Origin: Flaccisagitta enflata
Taxonomy: Eukaryota
Length of the DNA: 64,000 nucleotides
Reading direction: 5' to 3'
Assembly: GCA_965153355.1 (NCBI GenBank)
Contig: OZ231126.1
Coordinates: 27,342,001-27,406,000 of the forward strand
Positions within the stretch are counted from its first letter, which is position 1. The number at the start of each line of letters is the position of its first letter. Below, piece after piece: positions 56,697 through 64,000 of the stretch. Both the position numbers and the translations under genes were made by a program. A model generated the notes under the pieces. That model had not been told where the DNA came from and searched no databases. It saw nothing but the letters and a program-made list of their open reading frames with translations.

Positions 56697-59600
56697 ATGG
56701 AAGTACCGCAGGAAGATATCGTGGAGGAGACGGCGTCTGCACCTCCGGAGCCTCCGACCGAAGATACCCCTCTGTTGAAGGCAACGCCCGGTGAGGCCCA
56801 GTATCTATATGAAATTTGGACAACATTACTTCTCTTACCGTATTTTACTAAAGGTTTAATCCGGACCCATCAAAACCATCTTTTGTAGTTACAACCAAGT
56901 CTATCTTCACATCAAATTTCTGGCTAACTCTAGCTTTGCAAGGTCCCGGTGCCTTACTTTGAGTCTTTAACATATTGGTATGGCTTATGTTGATTGCCTT
57001 TCTTCTTACATTCCAGTGCCTCCAACCAGCGACTCTGTGTCTGCGTTATCGGCGTCTTCCGGTATTCCCATCGCCATCGTTCATCCGTCGCGTAACATCG
57101 ATCCTTTGGACGCCGCCAGAAATCGACTGGACAATCCATATCAAGATGAACTCCATGGTTCCGTCACCGCCTCGAGAGCCGTCAATAGGTTTGTGAAGGG
57201 AACGAATGTCAATCGAGTAATGCACGTTTGTTATTAAAATTCATCATATCACTCAGGGATCTTAATATTGAAGTTAAGCACCATCATGATGACCGTAATT
57301 TGCGCCTGAAGGGAGCCTGTGAAGAGACAGCTTGCCGGCTTTCTCGGAGTTGCAGCTGCCATATGTTGACGCTAAAGCCTGAAAGTGTGCATGGGGTACA
57401 ATTCATTCAGTCGCATTATTTTCTTGCTTCGAGATTCTTGATTTGAATCTACCAAAATGTTTTATCTTTGGGTCGCTCTCAGTTCGTCGCATCGCGTTCC
57501 CGGTTACGGCTCCACTGTTTGGGCGGAAGATCGTATCGACGATAACGTGTTGCCACCGACGCGGACGCTCAAAAAAGGGGCCACCTCTAATTTACAAACA
57601 ATGACGCACATCTTCAAGGGAAATATCGGCACCGGGATTCTCGCCATGCCTTATGCCTTCTCAAATAGCGGTGGGAAGCATGTTGTGCTTAGGTTGTCTA
57701 CTTGCCCATAGATATTTCAATTTATCCCTTATGAATCTTAAGGGTTTTAAAAGCGCTACGGTATGCCCAGAGTTTATGAGACAGTGAGGGGTAATTCTTC
57801 TCTCCCTACCCAGGTGTATGGGCGGGTTTTGTCGGCACAGCGGTTATCGCGTTCATCGCCATTCATTGCATGCGTCTGTTGGTGGAGTCTTCGCACTACC
57901 TCTGCCATCTGACGGGCCGGGAAACCCTTGATTACGGATACTGCATGGATTTTGCTTTCAAGAACGTCGAAGGTACATGATTGGATGCTCAATAAGCGTA
58001 CGAAGAGCTTTATCTCATGAACGTGTGATGTGTATATAACTTTCTGAATCTATATCAGACATTCCTGGTAAACTACGTCTATTGTTGTTTACAGGTGGAG
58101 GCACGATAATCAAGAAAACTGGCCGATGGATGCGCAAATTGGTGAATCTCTCGTTACAAATTACTCAGTTTGGTTTCTGCTGCGTCTACTTCGTCTTCAT
58201 GGCCGACAATATCGGTCACGTCGTCAATAATCACTTGTATGGCTCCAACCACATTGACCATGGGCTTTCATCTAGGGTGGGTTTTTGTTAGTTTGCCCTT
58301 TGTACGCCTAAAATCCTTTTCAACGAATGCGAAAGTGACCAAATTTCGATATTTCATGTAGGGTGGGTTTTTGTGAGCTTGCCCTTAGTACGCCTAAAAC
58401 CCTTTTCAACGAATGCGACAGTGAACAAATTTCGATATTTCTTTTCTTTTATTGATAATTCAGTTAATTTACTAAAAAAGATTGAAATTACCAGTCCTTT
58501 AAGATCCGTTATTGCGGGATGGAACCTTTATTCTTTTGCTTTTGATGGATCCATAACAAACTCAATCAATAATACCTCAATACCTCAGTAATACCTCGTT
58601 TGTTTTATCTTCTTTCTCAGGTATACATGTCAATTATTCTTCCATTCGTTCTCGCATTATGTTGCATTCGCTCCGTTCGGAAGCTGTCCTATTTCTCAAC
58701 TTTCGCCAATTTTCTGTGTCTTGCCGGTTTAATCATTGTCTTCGCACAACTACTTCAAGATATTCCTTCCATCGATTCCGTCCCGGCAATTGAGACGGAT
58801 TATACAAGATGGCCTCTGTTCTTAGCCACAACTATCTACACGTTCGAGGTCTGTGATGGGATGTCGTCGATGGGCTAGAGTCTAGGATGTCATTGGTAGG
58901 GCGATAGGGCGACATTTTATTCTCAGGTCACCAAAATGTTCTATAAATCGAATTGTAGATCTATCTTATTGATAATATACATCAGTCGGATGAAGCTGGA
59001 ATTGTTACCACAACTGCACCAACGGAGTATAATTATTGATGGTTGGCTGATTTCTATTCAGGGCATCGGCGTCATCTTGCCGTTGGAGAACAAGATGAAA
59101 AACCCTCAAGCGTTTCTTCCGTGGAACGGCGTCTTGAACACGGCCATGATCATCACTTGTTGCCTTTACATCTCCGTGGGATTTTACGGCTACCTCAAAT
59201 ACGGAAAACACTGTCTGGGCAGCATCACTTTAAATCTGCCGTCGGATAGGTGGATCAACGACGTACGTGAAAGGGCTGATTTTGATCGTTTAACTACACT
59301 GCAGGCGTGTGTATAGTTCTACATTCCCCCACCCTCCCCCCGTGGGGGGGGGAATTCATCAAAGGGTTTAAAGATGGGGAACAATATCTAAGCGGGATGA
59401 TAGAGAAAAAAAATTTAGGGAAAATAAAACTTTTGGCAGTACCAATTGATGAAAACTGATTGGTAAAACGCAATCTGACACTATTTAAACCTTAAAAACA
59501 GTTTTATTGCTATATGGGGAAGAAAAACAGATTTTGTAATGTGACGCGGGGAAGAAAATCAAAGGCGGGGGGAATTAATCAAAGGTCATAGAACTGTATA

Positions 59601-60509
59601 CACCCCTGCTACACTGGTTTGCCTGTCCAATGAACTTGGCAGCATTCAATTGAGTTTAATCCATTGTCCATCACTTGTTTCCTTCGCAGGCGGTGCGTGT
59701 TATGTTCTCGGTGGCGATGTTTATCACTTACGCCCTGATGCTGTACGTCCCAATCGAGATCATTTGGCCCATTTTGCGCAAGCGAGTTAAAAAGGACGAA
59801 TGGAAAAAACCTCTCGAGCGTGTCTTTCGATGTTTTCTCGTCGTTTGTACCTTCGCCATTGCCATCGCTATACCACACTTGGGTAATAGATCTGATTGTA
59901 GACACAGATGATTGCTGAATTTGATTTCATGAGTGATTAGTTATTTCTCATGGCCTCCTTCAACAAAATTGTTCGTCTTAATCTGCTTTTTTGTCCTAAT
60001 CCTTGTCACCCGGACGAACGATGGACATCAATGTCTAATGAACTTCATTCATCATAAAACCGCGCTTATTTTCAGGTCCCTTCATCTCGTTGATCGGCGC
60101 CTTCGCTTCCAGCAACTTGGCTCTTATGTTCCCCGTATTGATCGATACGTTGGTTCGGTGGCCATCGCGCTTCGGGCCCTGCCGTTGGCGTCTCATCAAA
60201 AATATACTCATTTTCTTGTTTGGATTGGTCGGTATGTGACATGGTGCATTTTCTTCTTCAGTGAATTCTCAATTTTCTATTTGTAGGCATAGTTGTTCAA
60301 AATTTTGGTGTTCCTATTGACGGTAACATCGTATGTACATCGTTTCATCATCATTCTTCCTGGCCGCAGGATTCTTTTTCGGAACGTGGCAGTCCATCAA
60401 CGAAATCATTTTGGCGTTTCACAATGAAGGTGGCAACTCGACGGTGGCGCCAACCGTGTTGCCGTCAACTCCAATACCGATCTTTCCAAATGCTTCCGGC
60501 ACACACTGA
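56697..60509 (+). CDS. Proton-coupled amino acid transporter (SLC36/PAT family)
   Basis: Exons 56697-56790, 57017-57188, 57483-57670, 57814-57972, 58095-58276, 58621-58848, 59062-59262, 59690-59882, 60076-60231, 60370-60509. Motifs KGNIGTGILAMP, TQFGFCCVYFVF, FE|GIGVILPLENKM, GSITLNLP. Confidence 0.92.
59302..59608. mobile_element. ~310-bp hAT MITE family, copy 5 (SLC36 intron)
   Basis: Perfect 8-bp TSD CTACACTG. Confidence 0.88.
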
Positions 60510-60731
60510 TAGTATAATTGCCACCTTTCCCGCAACAACTAGATTTCCGAGAGATAATTTGTAGCTTGATTTTGTTAGCGTAGATGGGGCTTGGTCTATT
60601 TATTCCTCACCTTGCCATTCGAACAAATCTTTTGTGCGTTGTATCAACGCATGTTTTAAAATTTCAAGATCACCAAAATGATCAAATTGATCCTAGATAT
60701 CGTCATCTCAACATGCGGTTTTAGTTGTCTA

Positions 60732-61134
60732 CAGTTGCAATGAAAATACAATGCGAGGAGCCGCAAAATCTCTAGCAACCCCCCTTTGCAGCTTTTACTA
60801 TAAATATAATGGGGATGAGTGAAGTGGTAGAAGTTAGTTTACCTCAATTCGATTTCCGCCACCAAGGTGATTTTTGAATTTCCTCATAGTACTTACAATA
60901 ATAGCTATAAAAGAGCAAAATTCAATACTTGCAAAAATGGTTGATTTTGATCTTTTAAAAAGTAGTTTTTTTAAAACTAGGTTGAAATGCAAAAATCACC
61001 TTGATGGCGGGAATTCTATTGGAACAAGCCATCAGCTGCTACTTTAAAAATTGATGTAGTATTGACTATTTAAGCTGCAGAGGGGGTTGCTAGAGATTTT
61101 GGCTGCTCCTCTCGTTGTATTTTCATTGTTTCTG
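60732..61134. mobile_element. Palindromic TA-flanked MITE
   Basis: TA|CAGTTGCAATGAAAATACAA ... TTGTATTTTCATTGTTTCTG|TA, with internal AAAATCTCTAGCAACCCCC IR. Confidence 0.8.
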
Positions 61135-61970
61135 TACGGGTTAGACAGCTAATTGCAAAAAAAAAAAGTGAAATGGCGTGAATTACCCATGCCAGTTAAG
61201 TCGAGACTCGAGACTACTTGACTAGACGTAGTATCGTACAATGCGAATTTGTTAGCGTTATTAATTTCAGTCTTCTGTTGATCACGAGACGTAGATATTG
61301 GAAATTTTATGTATTTATTTGACCACAAGATAAACTTTGTTAGTCAGGTTTTTTATTTTAACTTCTAGCTCTGTCTGAAGAGGGCGTTTTCAGTTATATA
61401 ATCGGATCAATGGTTGATAAATTTTTAGATTAGTCCTTTGGGTAATAGACATCTTCTATGTGTATGATTAAAAGTCTAGTCTTATCTTGTTCTTGAGGTC
61501 ATACAGTAGATGGTATTTAAGCGATAATCAACCACAAAGATAGCATTTCCTCGGTATCGTTCGATCTTCCTTTTTGCAACAAACCGTTTGGGATTAATTG
61601 CCCCTACCTCTGCTGGCAGACTAGGCTTCAGTGATCAGATTTTAGCAATCAGGACACTGTCTGCTACTGACAACTTTTTTTTTCATTTCCGTGTCCATTT
61701 CTCATTTAAACAGATTGTTTCTATTATCCATTCCATTTTCCGTGGCCCACCCTTTCCCTATTGTATCCCTTTCTTCATTGATTGTGTCCCACCGCAATTC
61801 TTTGCTCATTCATTCTCTGAAGGAGAACTACGATGCATGACTTCTCTCTCTTGTGTGAAGTTCACCGTCGCCACATCGCTAAATCAGACCGCATTGCGAC
61901 CATATTCCCGCATCTGCGCCGCAGTTAATTGAGGGAAAAACCTGAGCTAATTGGTATTCGTAGAATAGTG

Positions 61971-62747
61971 ATGGACGAACGACGGCATAAACGTCCCCGT
62001 CGTTCGGATAGATCTCTTTCCACTGAGCGGGAGGAAGATCGGAAGAAAGTAAGTGCTGCGGCTGATTTGCCAAAAATGTACTGACTGCCATATGTCAAGT
62101 ATATGTCGTAGTTAGTATATTGTGGCTTCCTGTTTCACCTTCTTTCGCGTCTCATTTCGATACTTCCATTTTCCATCTCACCCTCATTCTTTCGTGTGTT
62201 TTTTTCACGTTTTTCACTTTATCCATCTTTCCTATGTTCCTTTACATCTTGTATCCCAATTTCCGCTCATGGAATCTTCTTGTTTGCTACCTGTGGAAAG
62301 AGGGCGCGCGTGCCGCCTAAAGCACCCGCTTCACGCGTTGTTCACATTCGGAACATATCATCGGGAGTCGACGAAACGGACGTTATCCAACTTGGGCTGC
62401 CTTTTGGGAGGGTATCAAACATTTTAATGCTCAAACAAAAGAATCAGGTGAGAAAATAAGTTTGAGTGGACGAAACGTTTGAGTTGGCGTTAGAGCATGG
62501 ATATCTTTGAACCTGGCTGTCAATTGATCAATCTCGTCGTTTAAATTGCATTTCCAGGTATGCGGATCCCTCTCTCGCAGGCCAGTCATCTCACATTTAA
62601 ACTCTTTCCCTATTTTCCCATCAATTTTCTCCTGCTTCATTTTAGGCGTTTCTTGAATTCGAACGAGAATCATCCGCAAAGACGATGGTCGAATACTTCG
62701 AGAACTCGTCCCAACCAATGATTTGCGGGCGAACCGTGTTCGTGCAG
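61971..62747 (+). CDS. Polypyrimidine-tract-binding protein (PTBP family), 5' part only; gene continues past window end
   Basis: Exons 61971-62048, 62301-62447, 62646-62747 give a basic N-terminus and an RRM1 ([44 protein letters not shown]) closely resembling PTBP1 RRM1. Confidence 0.85.
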
Positions 62748-63009
62748 GTAAACCCTGGTAAGGGGGGCCGGCCCCGCGGTACAGCCCTCAACCCTGGGAA
62801 AAAGTCGGGGGAAAGGGAGGAAAAAGGAAGAAAAAGGAAAGATAGAAAGAAAAAAAGAGAGAAAGAAAGAAAGAGAAAAAGAAAGTGAGAACAAGGCCAA
62901 GTAGGCCAATAAGGTGCGACGTGTAGATCGTCGAATGAATGCGTTAACGACCGACCAACAGACCAACCGACGGACACAGCCAGTTATAGAGGTGCTTTGT
63001 CGCACCTAA

Positions 63010-64000
63010 AAAGAACAAAGGACAAATAACAGACAAAACGACAGACAAAACGACAGACAAAAAGACACAGACAAAAGACCGAAAAAAAGACACAGAAAAA
63101 AAGACACAGAAAAAAGACGGACAGAAAAAAGACAGACAGAAAAAAGACAGACAGAAAAAAGACAGACAGAAAAAAAGGCAGACAGAAAAAAAGACAGACA
63201 GAAAAAAAGACAGACAGACAGAAAAAAGACAGACAAAAAAAAGACAGACAGAAAAAAGACAGACAGAAAAAAGACAGACAGAAAAAAGACAGACAGAAAA
63301 AAGACAGACAGAAAAAAGACAGACAGAAAAAAGACAGACAGAAAAAAAGACAGACAGAAAAAAAGAGACAGAAAAAAAGACAGACAGAAAAAAAACAGAC
63401 AGACAGAAAAAAGACAGACAGAAAAAAGACAGACAGAAAAAAGACAGACAGAAAAAAGACAGACAGAAAAAAGACAGACAGAAAAAAGACAGACAGAAAA
63501 AAAGACAGACAGAAAAAAAGACAGACAGAAAAAAAGACAGACAGAAAAAAAGACAGACAGAAAAAAAGACAGACAGAAAAAAAGACAGACAGAAAAAAAG
63601 ACAGACAGAAAAAAAGACAGACAGAAAAAAAGACAGACAGAAAAAAAGACAGACAGAAAAAAAGACAGACAGAAAAAAAGACAGACAGAAAAAAAGACAG
63701 ACAGAAAAAAACAGACAGAAAAAGACAGACAGAAAAAGACAGACAGAAAAAGACAGACAGAAAAAGACAGACAGAAAAAAGACAGACAGAAAAAGACAGA
63801 CAGAAAAAGACAGACAGAAAAAGACAGACAGAAAAAAGACAGACAGAAAAAAGACAGACAGAAAAAAGACAGACAGAAAAAAGACAGACAGAAAAAAAGA
63901 CAGACAGAAAAAAAGACAGACAGAAAAAAAGACAGACAGAAAAAAAGACAGACAGAAAAAACAGACAGAAAAAGACAGACAGAAAAAGACAGACAGAAAA
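63010..64000 (+). repeat. ~14-16-bp minisatellite (AAAAAAGACAGACAG)n in a PTBP intron, runs off the window
   Basis: Direct reading; almost T-free strand with variable A-run length. Confidence 0.97.

Noticed and set aside
63010-64000. Possible telomeric array or CRISPR-like repeat
   Set aside because: Variable-length minisatellite with no unique spacers, not a known telomere motif, and located after a splice donor in a eukaryotic gene.

Overview
Gene-dense animal (invertebrate-like) genomic DNA with spliceosomal GT-AG introns and a heavy load of small non-autonomous transposons. One minus-strand 9-finger C2H2 zinc-finger gene runs off the left edge. It is followed by nine consecutive plus-strand genes: TBC1D30, TLCD5-like, TOM1-like, an RDH-type SDR, TOP3B, GUK1, PIGV, an SLC36 amino-acid transporter and the 5' part of a PTBP gene. 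Several are separated by only ~350-950 bp and have unpaired splice-acceptor-like sites upstream of their ATGs, which suggests, but does not prove, a trans-spliced operon. Introns and intergenic spaces contain TA-flanked MITEs, 8-bp-TSD hAT-type elements, a 9-bp-TSD foldback, a 4-bp-TSD CAC..GTG element, Helitrons, Helentron/HINE-like elements, a 5'-truncated CR1-group LINE and a tRNA-derived SINE. The 9.1-kb TOP3B intron is essentially one ~0.8-kb Helitron inflated tenfold by nested insertions. All exon and TE boundaries were read by eye; no database search was run.
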